From Chloroflexota bacterium (GTDB lineage: Bacteria > Chloroflexota > Dehalococcoidia > UBA2979): a stretch of DNA of 64,000 nt. The position numbers and the translations under genes were made by a program. How positions within the stretch are numbered: position 1 is the stretch's first letter; each line of letters starts with the position of its first letter. Below, one piece after another: positions 10,169 through 20,209 of the stretch. The notes beneath the pieces are model-generated. The model was not told the DNA's origin. It saw only the letters and a program-made list of their open reading frames with translations, and did not search any database. The stretch lies in NCBI GenBank assembly GCA_027593235.1, contig JAQCIU010000003.1, positions 77,844 through 141,843 of the forward strand. Direction: 5' to 3'.

Positions 10169-11662
10169 CTACCGGTCGCGGGGCGGTGAGGGCGGTGAGG
10201 CCTCGGCCGCGAGCCGGCGTGCGAGGTTGAGGGCGCCCGCGGTGTCGGTGATGTCGCCGGCGGCGGCTGACTCGCGGATGGCCTCGAGGATTGCGCCGAT
10301 GGCGGGGCCGGGCGGCAGGCCGGTGGCGGCGATGACGGCGGTGCCATCGACGATGCGCGCGATGTCCTGGGCGGAAGCCGGCGGGTGCCAGCAGGCGATC
10401 CGCTGTACGTGGCGGACGTAGGCCGGCCAGCGGGGTAGCAGTTCCTCCACGCCGGCGGTGGCGAGCGAGTCCGCGAGGAAGAGGAGGCAGACGTCAGGCG
10501 TGGCGTCGCCAAGCCGGAGGTGAAAGCGGTGGAGCGCCGCAGGCGACGGCGGTTCACCAGGTGCGGCGACCTGGCCGGGGCGGAGGTGCTGTTGGAGGAG
10601 CAGCTTGACGCGCGCGGTGGTCCGCTCGGGGAAGCGCCAGGTGCGCAGCCGCGACGCCGCAATACGCGCGCCGACGGGGCCGTGCTCGAAGAAGCGGGTG
10701 CGGCCGTCCGGTTCGACGGAGCGCGTCGAGGGTTTGCCGACATCGTGCAGGAGTGTCGCGACGCGCAGGGTCGGGGCGTGAGCGGCGAGGTGGTCGCGGA
10801 TCGCGCCCCAGCGGGTCTCCGGCCACGGCGCATCCCAGGTGTTGTGCCAGATCGCCGCGCTCGACGGATCGTCCGGGGGCGCGGGTGCGAGCAGGACGTC
10901 CAGCCATTCGAGGGCGACGAGCTGGTGTTCGAGTACGTCCCAGGTGTGATGCGGCCGTTGGCCGATGCCGAGTTCGTCGAGCAGTTCGGGGAAGCAGACC
11001 TCGAGGAGCCGTGTTTGATCGAGCAGTCGGACGCCGGTCGCGGAGCGAGGGCTGGCGAAGAGCAGCGTCAGTTCGTGGCCGACACGCTCCGCGGCGACCC
11101 GTTGGAGCGGGCCAGCCGCTGCCTCGATGGAGCGCAGCGTGTTCGCCTCGATGGTGAAGGCGAGGGTGGTGGCGAGCCGGACGGCGCGGAGTGCGCGCAG
11201 CGGATCCTCAGGGATCGCGGTGGCGGCGAGCTGGCGGATCAGCCGCCGATCGAGGTCGGCGAGGCCGCCGTGGGGATCGATCACGGTGGAGCGTTCGATC
11301 GCGGCGATGCGATCGGGCAGCGCGGTGAGCGGGAGCGCGAGCGCGTTGATCGTGAAGTCGCGGCGAGCGAGGTCCGCGTCGCGGGCGCCGTGCTGCGGGG
11401 TGACGTCGATCCAGCCGTCCTCGAGTGGTACGCGGCGCAGTTCGTGCGGCCCGCCCAGCGGGACGACCGAGGAGCCGACGATCGCGGCGAGGGCGCGTGC
11501 CGCCTCGGCGGGTGTTGGGCTGGCGATGTCCAACTCGGCGACGGGGCGAACGAGGAGCGCGTCGCGGACGGCGCCGCCGACGAGGTAGGCCGCGGACAGC
11601 GCGGGCTGCCGCGCGGCCTGAGCGCTGATTGCGGCAACGGCGGCGGAGATGCTGAGCGGCAT
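10169..11662 (-). CDS. CCA-adding/poly(A) polymerase family nucleotidyltransferase with HD domain
   Basis: YLVGGAVRD, DLARRDFTINA, EDPLRALR, LLHDVGKP; start ATG 11662 (upstream part of ORF 10169..12784 is off-frame shadow of the next gene). Confidence 0.88.
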   Translation of the reverse strand: MPLSISAAVAAISAQAARQPALSAAYLVGGAVRDALLVRPVAELDIASPTPAEAARALAAIVGSSVVPLGGPHELRRVPLEDGWIDVTPQHGARDADLARRDFTINALALPLTALPDRIAAIERSTVIDPHGGLADLDRRLIRQLAATAIPEDPLRALRAVRLATTLAFTIEANTLRSIEAAAGPLQRVAAERVGHELTLLFASPRSATGVRLLDQTRLLEVCFPELLDELGIGQRPHHTWDVLEHQLVALEWLDVLLAPAPPDDPSSAAIWHNTWDAPWPETRWGAIRDHLAAHAPTLRVATLLHDVGKPSTRSVEPDGRTRFFEHGPVGARIAASRLRTWRFPERTTARVKLLLQQHLRPGQVAAPGEPPSPAALHRFHLRLGDATPDVCLLFLADSLATAGVEELLPRWPAYVRHVQRIACWHPPASAQDIARIVDGTAVIAATGLPPGPAIGAILEAIRESAAAGDITDTAGALNLARRLAAEASPPSPPRDR

Positions 11663-11679
11663 ATGCGGACGGACGGCGG

Positions 11680-13152
11680 TCAGTTCCAGCTGTGGTTGTC
11701 GAACGACCAGTCGAGCAGTTCCGCGGCCTGCCCGTAGCGATCGCTGGAGTTCAGCAGCACGACGTAGAGACGGTGACCATCGCGCATCGCGGAGCCGACG
11801 AAGGTGCGGCCGGCGTCGTCGGTGAAGCCGGTCTTCACGCCATCGGCATCCTTGTAGGAGTTCAGGAAGCCGTTGATGTTGTACATCGTCATCCGGCGGC
11901 TGCCGTTGGCGGTCCAGACGCTGGATGACACCGTGCTGCGGAATTCCGGGATCTGCATGCCGTAGCGGGCGAGCATCGCGAGGTCGTAGGCGGAGGAGAC
12001 GTGGCCGACGGCATCGAGGCCGTGTGGGTTGGCGAAGTTGCTGTCGGTCAGGCCGAGCCTGGTGAGCAGCGTGTTCATCTGGTTGACGAAGGCGGCGTCG
12101 GATCCGGCCTCGAAACGGGCGATGGCGAGCGCGGCGTCGTTGCCCGAGCGGAGCATCAGACCGTGGAGAAGGTCGCGGACCTGGAAACAGTCGCCGGGCT
12201 GCAGGCCCATCACGCTGCTGCCAATCATCCTGCGACTGTCCACCTCGTTGGTGACCCATGCGTCGAGATCGGTGCCTTCGATCGCGAGGATCGCGGTGGC
12301 GATCTTCGTGAGGCTCGCGGGGGCGAGCGCCCGGTGTTCGTTGTTCCCGTAGAGGACGGCGCCGGAGGCCTCGTCGATCACGATGGCGGCGGCGGAGTCG
12401 ACGGACGAGGCTGGCACGCCGGTGGTCAGCGTGGGTGCGAGGCCGGTCGTGAGCGGGGCGGAGGCGGCGGGTACGCGCGAGCTGGCGGCCGTCGCCTGGT
12501 TGGCGGGCCCGCCGCAGAGGAGGAGGAGGCCGGTGCCGGCTGGCACCTGCTCGCCACCGAAGTGGGCGAACCACGCCTGGTTGACGAACGCCGGGGAGCC
12601 CGGCCGGTAGCCGACGAACGCGCCGTTGACCACGGTAAAGATGCCGGACAGATCGCAGCCACCGGCGAGCGCGGTATTGACGATGCCGCTGAGGGTGCCG
12701 CCACCCCAGGACTGGATGCTGATGCCGCGTGCGGGCAACGCGCCGGACAGGCCCGGTCGAGTCGAGCTGGCACTCACGGCGCAACTGGGGGTGACCGCGG
12801 TGTACGGCTCGAGGAACTCGTCGGCCATCCAGCCGCTCTGGGTGCCGATGGAGACGCGCTGCCAGCGGTATTCGCCGACGATTTCGGCGCCCTCGAGGAC
12901 CGTCACGAGGGAGCCGTCGGCGAAACAGTCGAGGCGTTCGCCATCGGGAGCGTCGCGCAAGCGGAGGCAGCTCCCGTCGGCGCGAATCACGGCGGTAGTG
13001 CCGGCGACGAGGGGTTCGGTGCGGATCGCCTCGGTGCGGCTGACCGCGGGCACGGGCTGGGGTGTGGCGGCGGCGAGGGCGCTCGTGGGGAGCACGGACA
13101 ACAGCACCGCGAGGAGCGAGAGGATCAGGAGTGGACGGGCACCATGTCGCAC
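11680..13152 (-). CDS. D-alanyl-D-alanine carboxypeptidase (peptidase S11) with N-terminal SH3-like domain
   Basis: Signal peptide, SH3b-like CLRLRDAP...GWM, catalytic SLTK / SGN / KTG motifs. Confidence 0.88.
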   Translation of the reverse strand: MRHGARPLLILSLLAVLLSVLPTSALAAATPQPVPAVSRTEAIRTEPLVAGTTAVIRADGSCLRLRDAPDGERLDCFADGSLVTVLEGAEIVGEYRWQRVSIGTQSGWMADEFLEPYTAVTPSCAVSASSTRPGLSGALPARGISIQSWGGGTLSGIVNTALAGGCDLSGIFTVVNGAFVGYRPGSPAFVNQAWFAHFGGEQVPAGTGLLLLCGGPANQATAASSRVPAASAPLTTGLAPTLTTGVPASSVDSAAAIVIDEASGAVLYGNNEHRALAPASLTKIATAILAIEGTDLDAWVTNEVDSRRMIGSSVMGLQPGDCFQVRDLLHGLMLRSGNDAALAIARFEAGSDAAFVNQMNTLLTRLGLTDSNFANPHGLDAVGHVSSAYDLAMLARYGMQIPEFRSTVSSSVWTANGSRRMTMYNINGFLNSYKDADGVKTGFTDDAGRTFVGSAMRDGHRLYVVLLNSSDRYGQAAELLDWSFDNHSWN

Positions 13153-13291
13153 GGGGCTACTGCCTCACGAACACCCGCCTACCCCAGCATACGACAGCGG
13201 GACACGGTCACCAAACCGCCCGCCAGTGCATGACCTCCGCCCCTGCTGATCGCGATCAACGAGGGGTAGCGTTCGTGTGGAGGAGGACGCC

Positions 13292-13711
13292 ATGTTCAAA
13301 CACGTTCTGGTTCCGATGGATGGTTCAGATCACGCACGCGCGGCGCTCGACCTCGCGGTCGAGTTGGCCGATGAGCACGATGCCGAGGTGACGGTGCTGG
13401 GCGCGCTGGACGCGGAGGCGCTGATGCAGGCGCCGTTCAACGCCGCGATCACGGACGCGTCGCTGGCGGCGTACCAGCGATACGTCGATGCGCAGCTCCT
13501 CCACGTGCCGGAGGCGCGGCGCGGCAAGGCCGTCGCTCGCTATGGTGAGCCGGCCACCTTGATTTCCGCATACGCGAAGGAACAGGGCGCCGACGTAATC
13601 GTGATGAGCACCCACGGGTTGGGTGCGAAGGGCGGTTACGCACTCGGCAGTGTCGCGCTGAAGGTGTTGCAGCATGCGCCGTGTCCGGTCCTGTTGAAGC
13701 GGATCGACTGA
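13292..13711 (+). CDS. universal stress protein
   Basis: FKHVLVPMDGS, ADVIVMSTHG, LGSVALKVLQHAPCPVL; GGAGGA RBS before ATG 13292. Confidence 0.93.
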   Translation: MFKHVLVPMDGSDHARAALDLAVELADEHDAEVTVLGALDAEALMQAPFNAAITDASLAAYQRYVDAQLLHVPEARRGKAVARYGEPATLISAYAKEQGADVIVMSTHGLGAKGGYALGSVALKVLQHAPCPVLLKRID

Positions 13712-14505
13712 GCAGCGGGGCGCCGGGAGGCGGTCCCGGGACCGCCCTGTTCGGCGTCGATTCGGTTGTCCGACGGGTGAACGGCGAGGGCGCACTGCTG
13801 ATCGGCGGCGGGCGGGCGTTGCTGATGCAGATCGCGCATCCGCTGGTGGCGCAGGGCGTCGCCGAGCACTCGGATTTCGCACACGATCGGATTGGGCGGC
13901 TGCTGCGGACGCTGCGGCCGGTCTACGCGATCAGTTTCGGGACACCGGCGCAGGCGGAGGCCGCCGCGGCACGCGTGCGGCATCGTCACGAGGCGGTGAG
14001 CGGCAGCGGCTATCGGGCGACCGATCCGGAGTTGCTGCTCTGGGTGCACGCGACGCTGATCGACTCCGCACTGCTGACGTACCAGCGGTTCGTGCAGCCG
14101 CTCTCGCGGCGCGATGCGGAGCGGTACTACGAGGAAAGCGGGCGGATCGGCGAGCTGTTCGGCGTGCCGCCTTCGATGCTGCCCGCTGACCTCGAGGGGT
14201 TCGAGCGGTACGTCGCGGGGACGGTGGCGGAACTGGCGGTGAGCGCAACGGCGAGGCGGATCGCGCAGACGATCTTCACGCCCGATCCGCTGTGGCTGGC
14301 GCCGGCGCTGCTGCTGGCACGGGAGGCGACGGCCGGGCTGTTGCCACCTCGATTGCGCGATCAGTACGGGCTGCGCTGGGGTTCACCTCGGGCGCGGCTG
14401 CTCAGCGGGCTGGCGGCCGGGTCGCGTGCGGTGCTGCCGCGGCTCCCGCGGACGTGGCGTGCGCCGCCTCGGCCGTTTCTCCCCGCGGGGGTCACCGTCG
14501 TGTAA
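13681..14505 (+). CDS. oxygenase MpaB/DUF2236 family protein
   Basis: GGRALLMQIAHP..GVAEHSDF, YRATDPELLLWVHATL; exact start uncertain. Confidence 0.85.
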   Translation: MSGPVEADRLSSGAPGGGPGTALFGVDSVVRRVNGEGALLIGGGRALLMQIAHPLVAQGVAEHSDFAHDRIGRLLRTLRPVYAISFGTPAQAEAAAARVRHRHEAVSGSGYRATDPELLLWVHATLIDSALLTYQRFVQPLSRRDAERYYEESGRIGELFGVPPSMLPADLEGFERYVAGTVAELAVSATARRIAQTIFTPDPLWLAPALLLAREATAGLLPPRLRDQYGLRWGSPRARLLSGLAAGSRAVLPRLPRTWRAPPRPFLPAGVTVV

Positions 14506-14576
14506 CTTCTGGTGGCTCGTGGTCGACGCCCGAACCGGGCGTGGCGGATGCGCGCTGGATCGAGGTTTCAGAGACC

Positions 14577-16271
14577 GTGACCGTGGAGACCCTGCCGCAA
14601 TTGCTCGCGCAGAGCGTGGCGACGTACAGCGAACGGATGGCGTTCCGCGCGCCGTGGAACGGCGCGCTGGAGTCGATCACGTTCGCGGAGCTGGGCCTGC
14701 GGGCCGCCGGTGCCGCCGAGGCGCTGGCGAGCGACGTGCATCCGGGTGAGTTCGTACTGCTGGGCGCGCCCAATTCGCTGCCGTGGGTAATCGCGTTCTA
14801 CGGGATCCTCGTGCGTGGCGCGGTGCCGGTTCCGGTCGACACGGAGATGCCGGACGAGGCGCTGACCGCGATTGTCGCGGAGCTGCGGCCGGCGGCGGTG
14901 ATTGGCGACGACGAGTTCCTGGAGCGGGTGGGTGAGCTGCGCACTCGCCGGATCTCCGTCGAGGAAGTGCACGACTGGCCGGAATCCGAGGCGCCGCTTG
15001 CTCCGGCAGGAGGCCCCGATCCGGATTCGGTGGCGTTGCTGCTCTACACCGGCGGGACCACCGGGCACCCCAAGGGCGTGATGCTGAGTCACCGCAACAT
15101 GCTGGCCGGCATCGAGGCGACGGTCGACGCGGCTGGGATCGTCGACGACGACGTGCTGTTCGTGGTGTTGCCGCTGTTCCACGTCTTCCCACTCACCACG
15201 GGCTGCCTGACGCCGATGGCCGCGGGGATCCCGGCCGAGCTGGAGTACCGGTTGCTGCGGGTGGCGTCGCGCGCGGCGGAGACGCCGCCGACGATCTTCC
15301 TGGGCGTGCCGGCGCTGTTCGAGACGCTGCTGCGACAGGTGGAGCGGAACGCGCACGGTGGCGTAAAGGGCGCCTATTTCAAGGCGGCGCGCGGTTTCAA
15401 CACGTTCCTGATCCGCAGCATCGGCGTGAACCTCGGACGGTTGTTGTTCCGTCCGGTGCACCAGGCGCTGGGCGGGCGGCTGCGCTTCATGGTGAGCGGT
15501 GGGGCACGCCTCGATCCGGCGGTGCACCGCGGGATGATGGCGATCGGGCTGCCGGTGATTCAGGGCTACGGGCTGAGCGAAGCGGCGCCGGTGGTGACCG
15601 GGCAGCGCTTCATTGGACGCGACTACTGGTGGCGGGCGCGCCGCTACTGGGGACAGATCGGCTCGGTCGGCTGGCCGCTGCTCAACGTCGAGATCGCGAT
15701 TGAGCCGGACGAGCATTCCGAGCCCGGCGAGGGGGAACTGGTGGTGCGCGCGCCGAACGTCATGATGGGCTACTACCAGCGGCCGGCGGACACGGCGCGG
15801 GTACTGCGCGACGGGACGCTGCACACCGGCGACCTGGCGCGGATCGATAGCCGAGGGCACGTCTGGATTACGGGCCGCGCGAGCCTGGTGATCAGCATGC
15901 CGAACGGCAAGCAGGTGAACCTGGAGACGTTCGAGGCGGACCTGTTGGAGGCGGCGGAGATCGCGCAGATCCGGCTGACGGTGGAGCAGGAGCCGCACTG
16001 GCAGCTTGTGGCAACGGTGTTCCCGAGCGCGGACGCGCTGGCGCCCGGCGACATCACTGATGCCGATCGACTGCAACGAGTGATCCGCGACGCGGTGCGG
16101 CGGGAGAGTCGGTCGTTGCCGTCCTGGCTGCGCGTGGACGAGGTGCGGCTCACCGATGAGCCATTCCCGGTCACGCGCCTGGGCAAGCTGCGGCGCGTGG
16201 AACGGTCAGAGCACGCCTTCGACTTCGAACGGTGGCAGGGACACATACGCGCGCTGGTGGAGACGGCCTAG
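14577..16271 (+). CDS. long-chain acyl-CoA synthetase (AMP-binding)
   Basis: YTGGTTGHPKG, GYGLSE, TGD, terminal GKLRR; start probably GTG 14577 (GAGGT RBS). Confidence 0.9.
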   Translation: MTVETLPQLLAQSVATYSERMAFRAPWNGALESITFAELGLRAAGAAEALASDVHPGEFVLLGAPNSLPWVIAFYGILVRGAVPVPVDTEMPDEALTAIVAELRPAAVIGDDEFLERVGELRTRRISVEEVHDWPESEAPLAPAGGPDPDSVALLLYTGGTTGHPKGVMLSHRNMLAGIEATVDAAGIVDDDVLFVVLPLFHVFPLTTGCLTPMAAGIPAELEYRLLRVASRAAETPPTIFLGVPALFETLLRQVERNAHGGVKGAYFKAARGFNTFLIRSIGVNLGRLLFRPVHQALGGRLRFMVSGGARLDPAVHRGMMAIGLPVIQGYGLSEAAPVVTGQRFIGRDYWWRARRYWGQIGSVGWPLLNVEIAIEPDEHSEPGEGELVVRAPNVMMGYYQRPADTARVLRDGTLHTGDLARIDSRGHVWITGRASLVISMPNGKQVNLETFEADLLEAAEIAQIRLTVEQEPHWQLVATVFPSADALAPGDITDADRLQRVIRDAVRRESRSLPSWLRVDEVRLTDEPFPVTRLGKLRRVERSEHAFDFERWQGHIRALVETA

Positions 16272-16328
16272 CCACAAGCGCGTGCAGCGAGGCGGCCGCA
16301 CGGCGGCGAGCCCGCGAGGGTTCGAGGG

Positions 16329-17297
16329 TTATTGGGCGGTTGGCCAGTCGCTCGCCGCGGATGACAGCGGGACCTCGAGGGCATCATCGCCGGGAAGCGT
16401 AGTCGCGGAGGGGTTCGGAGCGGGCGCGTCCGCCGCCGAGGTGGCGCTCGTCGCGGCGGCGGCGGCGGCGGCAACGGCTGCGCGGTTGGCGGAGGCGACC
16501 TCGCGGGTGCGGCGTTCCTCGGCGGTGCGTTCGGAGCGGCGCTTCAGGTTCTGCAGGTGCGCCAGCATCATCACGACGTCGCCGGCTTCCCCGAGCAGGG
16601 CGGCGAGCTGCGCGAGCGGGCTGGCGGATGCGCGGCCGCGGATGCGCTCGACCAAGCGGGTGTTGTAGTCGTCGATCGGTTCGAGCCAGAAGAGCCAGCT
16701 CACGGTACCGAGGCGGCCCTCGCCGGCGAGCACGAGGAAGCGCTCCGGTTCGACATCGTGCACGCGGAAGGCGGTGCGCGGGCCGGTCGGCACCTCATCG
16801 CCGATCGCGAGCTGCTGGTATTGCGGGAGCGGGCGCTGTGCGCTGGGACGTCCGAGGTTGTCGAGCAGATCGAGCGAGTACCAGCCACCGCGGCCGTAGC
16901 CCATCTGAACGATCCAGGGCCAGATGTCGGATGCGCGGGCCTCGATGGTGATGGCGCGTGTGATCACCTCGGCGTGGCCGAAGAGGTCGTCGCCGGGGTA
17001 GGTGCGGCGGAGTTCGGCCTGGTTCGCACCGAGACGGCGGAGCCAGGGGCGAACGAGGAGCCAGCCGGTGCCGAGGTAGGCGAGCACGTTGACCGCGCGG
17101 AGGGCGCGCTGGCGCTTCGGGGTCGGCGGTTCGTACCAGGGCAGCCAGCGCCAATTCGGCAGCGACACCCAGTCCGGGAGCGCGCGCAGGAGGCGACGCC
17201 GCAGCGAGCGGCGACGACGAAGCGACAGCCCTCGGTGGCGCCGGGGTAGGTGAGGTTCGGGAAGCTGGGAGCGCCAGCTCCGGCTACGTCGGATCAC
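16329..17297 (-). CDS. SRPBCC-like protein with TM segment and Arg-rich N-terminus
   Basis: YPGDDL, TRAITIEA..IWPWIVQMGYGRGGWYS family motif; start uncertain. Confidence 0.7.
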   Translation of the reverse strand: MIRRSRSWRSQLPEPHLPRRHRGLSLRRRRSLRRRLLRALPDWVSLPNWRWLPWYEPPTPKRQRALRAVNVLAYLGTGWLLVRPWLRRLGANQAELRRTYPGDDLFGHAEVITRAITIEARASDIWPWIVQMGYGRGGWYSLDLLDNLGRPSAQRPLPQYQQLAIGDEVPTGPRTAFRVHDVEPERFLVLAGEGRLGTVSWLFWLEPIDDYNTRLVERIRGRASASPLAQLAALLGEAGDVVMMLAHLQNLKRRSERTAEERRTREVASANRAAVAAAAAAATSATSAADAPAPNPSATTLPGDDALEVPLSSAASDWPTAQ

Positions 17298-17413
17298 GGT
17301 CGTTCCCCGTGCATGGTCATTCCGCCCGCCGGATTGTGGATGAGCGTATCACTCATCGGCATTCACCGATGATCGGCTGGTTTGTCCACAACTGGCAAGA
17401 CCGTGGATAGCGG

Positions 17414-18085
17414 TCAGCGTTGCCGCTTCGCCAGCCAGTCGCGAATAAAGGGGTTCGAGGCGCGCTCGTCGCCGATCGAGGTTTGCTGCATGTGGCCGGG
17501 CAGCACCGTGGTCTCGTCCGGAAGCGCGAGCAGGCGATCGCAGATGCTCGTCATCTCCTCGTCGAAGTCGCCGCCGGGAAAGTCGGTGCGGCCGATTGAA
17601 CCTCGGAAGAGGGTGTCGCCGCTGAAGAGCAGGCCTTCGTCGGCGTAGTAGCTCACGGAGCCGGGCGTGTGGCCGGGCGTGGCGATCGCGCGGAGGCGCA
17701 GCCCGGCCACCTCGAGGATGTCGCCGTCGCTGACGAAGGCGGTTGGATCGGGCGGCGGGTCGTTGGGATCGAGGCCGAAGCGCTCCGCCGAGCTGCGGAA
17801 GCCGTCGCGGAGGAGCGCCAGATCGGCCTCGTGGAGGAGGAACCCGGCGCCGGTGGCGCGATGCACGCCGGCGACGCCGAGGATGTGATCGATGTGGGCG
17901 TGCGAGTTGGCGATGACCTTGATCGTCACGCCCATGTCCTTCGCGAGCGCGAGCACCTCGTCCGGCTGATCGCCGGGGTCGATACAGATCGCCTCGCCAG
18001 TCTGGCGGCTGCCGACCACCCAGCAGTTCTCCTGGAACACGCCGACGACGATGCCGCGGACCATCAGTTCGTTCGCTACTTCCAT
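17414..18085 (-). CDS. MBL-fold metallo-hydrolase (glyoxalase II-like)
   Basis: HAHIDH, TPGHTPG, FSGDTLF, PGH; start ATG 18085. Confidence 0.92.
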   Translation of the reverse strand: MEVANELMVRGIVVGVFQENCWVVGSRQTGEAICIDPGDQPDEVLALAKDMGVTIKVIANSHAHIDHILGVAGVHRATGAGFLLHEADLALLRDGFRSSAERFGLDPNDPPPDPTAFVSDGDILEVAGLRLRAIATPGHTPGSVSYYADEGLLFSGDTLFRGSIGRTDFPGGDFDEEMTSICDRLLALPDETTVLPGHMQQTSIGDERASNPFIRDWLAKRQR

Positions 18086-18259
18086 TGGTCCACGGTCCCC
18101 CCGGCGTCGCGCCGCGTCAAGCGCGACCGGCGTCGCCTCGGCGCGACCGGGACCTCGGCGAGGTGCGGGTGCGACCTTCGCCTCCTCTCGCGGTGTGTCG
18201 CGTGGACTACGCTGCGGATCGCGTGACGCGCCAGCGTCGTCGCGCGTGACGGAGGCCGT

Positions 18260-19180
18260 GTGGATCTGTTTGGGGTGCGACTGGTCGGCGTGAGCGCGGA
18301 AAGCGGCCGCAAGCTGCTGTTGACGCTGCTGTTCGTCGCGGTCTTCCTGGCGCTGCGGATGATCGCTCGGCTGGTGGGGCGCGGGTTCCGCCGCGAGGCC
18401 AAGAACGAGCGCGCGATGTTCTGGGGGCGTCAGGGCGTCAACCTGTTGACCACCGGCTTCCTGGTGTTGGGAACGCTGTCGATCTGGTTCAACGATCCGC
18501 GCAACCTCGCGGCCGCGGCCGGTGTGCTGACGGTGGCGCTGGCGTTCTCGATGCAGCGGGTGGTGACGGCGTTCGCGGGGTACTTCGCGATCCTCTGGAG
18601 CGGCAGCGTCCACGTGGGCGACCGGATCCAGATCGGGGGTGTGCGCGGTGACGTGATCGGCATCGGCTTTCTACAGACGACCGTGATGGAGATGGGACTG
18701 CCGGCGGCGGGTGCGAACCCGGAGCTGTGGGTGCGGAGCCTGCAGTACACGGGTCGCGTGGTCGCGGTGAGCAACTCTCAGGTCTTCGACGATCCGGTCT
18801 ACAACTACACGCGCCAGTTTCCGTACCTCTGGGACGAGATCAGCGTGCCGATCCCATACCGCGCCGATCGGGCGGCCGCGGAACAGATACTGCTGGACGT
18901 CGCGAACGAGCAGACGATTCAGCTTGGCGACATGAGCCGCGAGGCGCTGCGAGCGATGCGCAACCGCTACTTCGTGCGGATGGCGGAGCTACGCCCGAAG
19001 GTCTACTACCGGCTGACCGACAACTGGCTCGAGCTGACGGTCCGCTTCGTCGTCGAGGTGCGTGGTGTCCGCGATCTGAAGAGCGCGGTCAGCCGCGAGA
19101 TTCTGCGCCGCTTCGACGAGGCGGGGATCCCGATCGCCTCCTCGTCGGTGGAGGTGACCGCGATCGAGGCGCACGAGTAT
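18260..19180 (+). CDS. mscS: small-conductance mechanosensitive channel (stop codon apparently missing; ORF runs on to 20455)
   Basis: Three TM segments, VGDRIQIGGVRGDV, VSNSQVF..PVYNYT, RFDEAGIPIA; similarity ends near codon 300. Confidence 0.75.
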
Positions 19181-19249
19181 TTCGTAGCCCTCGAGGGTAG
19201 CGCGTGGGGCCCGGAGAGTGGCGTCGAGGCGGCGCTGAGGGCGCGTCGG

Positions 19250-20209
19250 CTAGAAGGCGGCGGCGATGGCGTTCGCGGGCGGGAGACCGCTGGCGAGGGG
19301 CATCCAGTTGCGGCCGGTGTCGTGCGAGGCCCAGACGGTGTCGCCTGCGGAGGCGAAGGCGGTGTCTTCGCTGTCCCAGAGGCGGGTGACGCAGGGGATG
19401 CGCGCCCAGTCGTCGCCACCGGCGCCGCGATCGCTTTCGGAGGGGGCGGGGCTGGTCTTCGCGTCGAGCATGATCCGCGACCAGGTGACGCCACCGTTCG
19501 GCGAGCGGAAGAGCGCGCCCTCGCTGCCGGGGGCATGGCGGGCGGCGGCGAGGAGCAGGACGTCCGGGGTGCCGGGGAGCACGGCGATGGAGCCACCCCA
19601 GGATCGGTCGAGGCCACCGAGGGATTGGACCCAGCTAAAGCCGCCGTCATCGGAACGGTAGATGCCGGTGTCGGCGGTGGCGAAGAGCCGGTCGACCTGT
19701 TCCGGGTGCCCTTGCAGCGCGTGGAGCATGGGATCGAGGCCGTCCGAGCGTTGGAGCCAGGTGCCGCCACCATCGCGGGTGTACCAGGCGGCGCCGCCGG
19801 CGATGCCGATCAGGATGCCGTCTTTCGGGAAGAGGACGCCGGCGATGTAGGCCTGCTTGTGGCCGGTCGGGGCGACCATGCGGCGGTGTTTGACGACGTT
19901 CTGGAGACCCTCGACCTCGGACCAGGAGGCGCCGCGGTCCTCGGAACGGTAGAGCTGTGCGCCGTGGGTGCCGACGAAGAGCGTGCCGTCGGGCGCGACG
20001 CAGCCGAAGCTGGCGTCGCCGGTCCACTGCTGGCGCCAGCGCTCGTCATCGTGGACCCAGGCGCCCTGGCCGGGCGCGACGGCGATGCCGAGGTCGCCGC
20101 GGTAGTCGACGCCGGTCATGCGCGGGCCCTCGATGGCGCGGGTCGGGTCCTGGCCGGGGATCACCTGCAGCAGGCCGTCGTCCACGGCGAGCAGGATGCC
20201 GAGCATCAT
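19250..20209 (-). CDS. BNR/Asp-box repeat beta-propeller protein
   Basis: Repeated SxDxGxxW Asp-boxes (SEDRGASW, TRDGGGTW, SDDGGFSW, SPNGGVTW, SHDTGRNW); coupled to cobB. Confidence 0.85.
   Translation of the reverse strand: MMLGILLAVDDGLLQVIPGQDPTRAIEGPRMTGVDYRGDLGIAVAPGQGAWVHDDERWRQQWTGDASFGCVAPDGTLFVGTHGAQLYRSEDRGASWSEVEGLQNVVKHRRMVAPTGHKQAYIAGVLFPKDGILIGIAGGAAWYTRDGGGTWLQRSDGLDPMLHALQGHPEQVDRLFATADTGIYRSDDGGFSWVQSLGGLDRSWGGSIAVLPGTPDVLLLAAARHAPGSEGALFRSPNGGVTWSRIMLDAKTSPAPSESDRGAGGDDWARIPCVTRLWDSEDTAFASAGDTVWASHDTGRNWMPLASGLPPANAIAAAF

Noticed and set aside
11663-12784. 871-aa ORF 10169..12784 as one giant protein
   Set aside because: The N-terminal 374 aa are an Arg-rich off-frame shadow of the carboxypeptidase gene; recognisable sequence starts at ATG 11662
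17334-17410. Replication origin (oriC)
   Set aside because: Only three imperfect boxes, no AT-rich unwinding element and no dnaA/dnaN context
18086-18613. N-terminal extension of the MBL hydrolase ORF
   Set aside because: Antisense to mscS and low complexity; real start is near 18085
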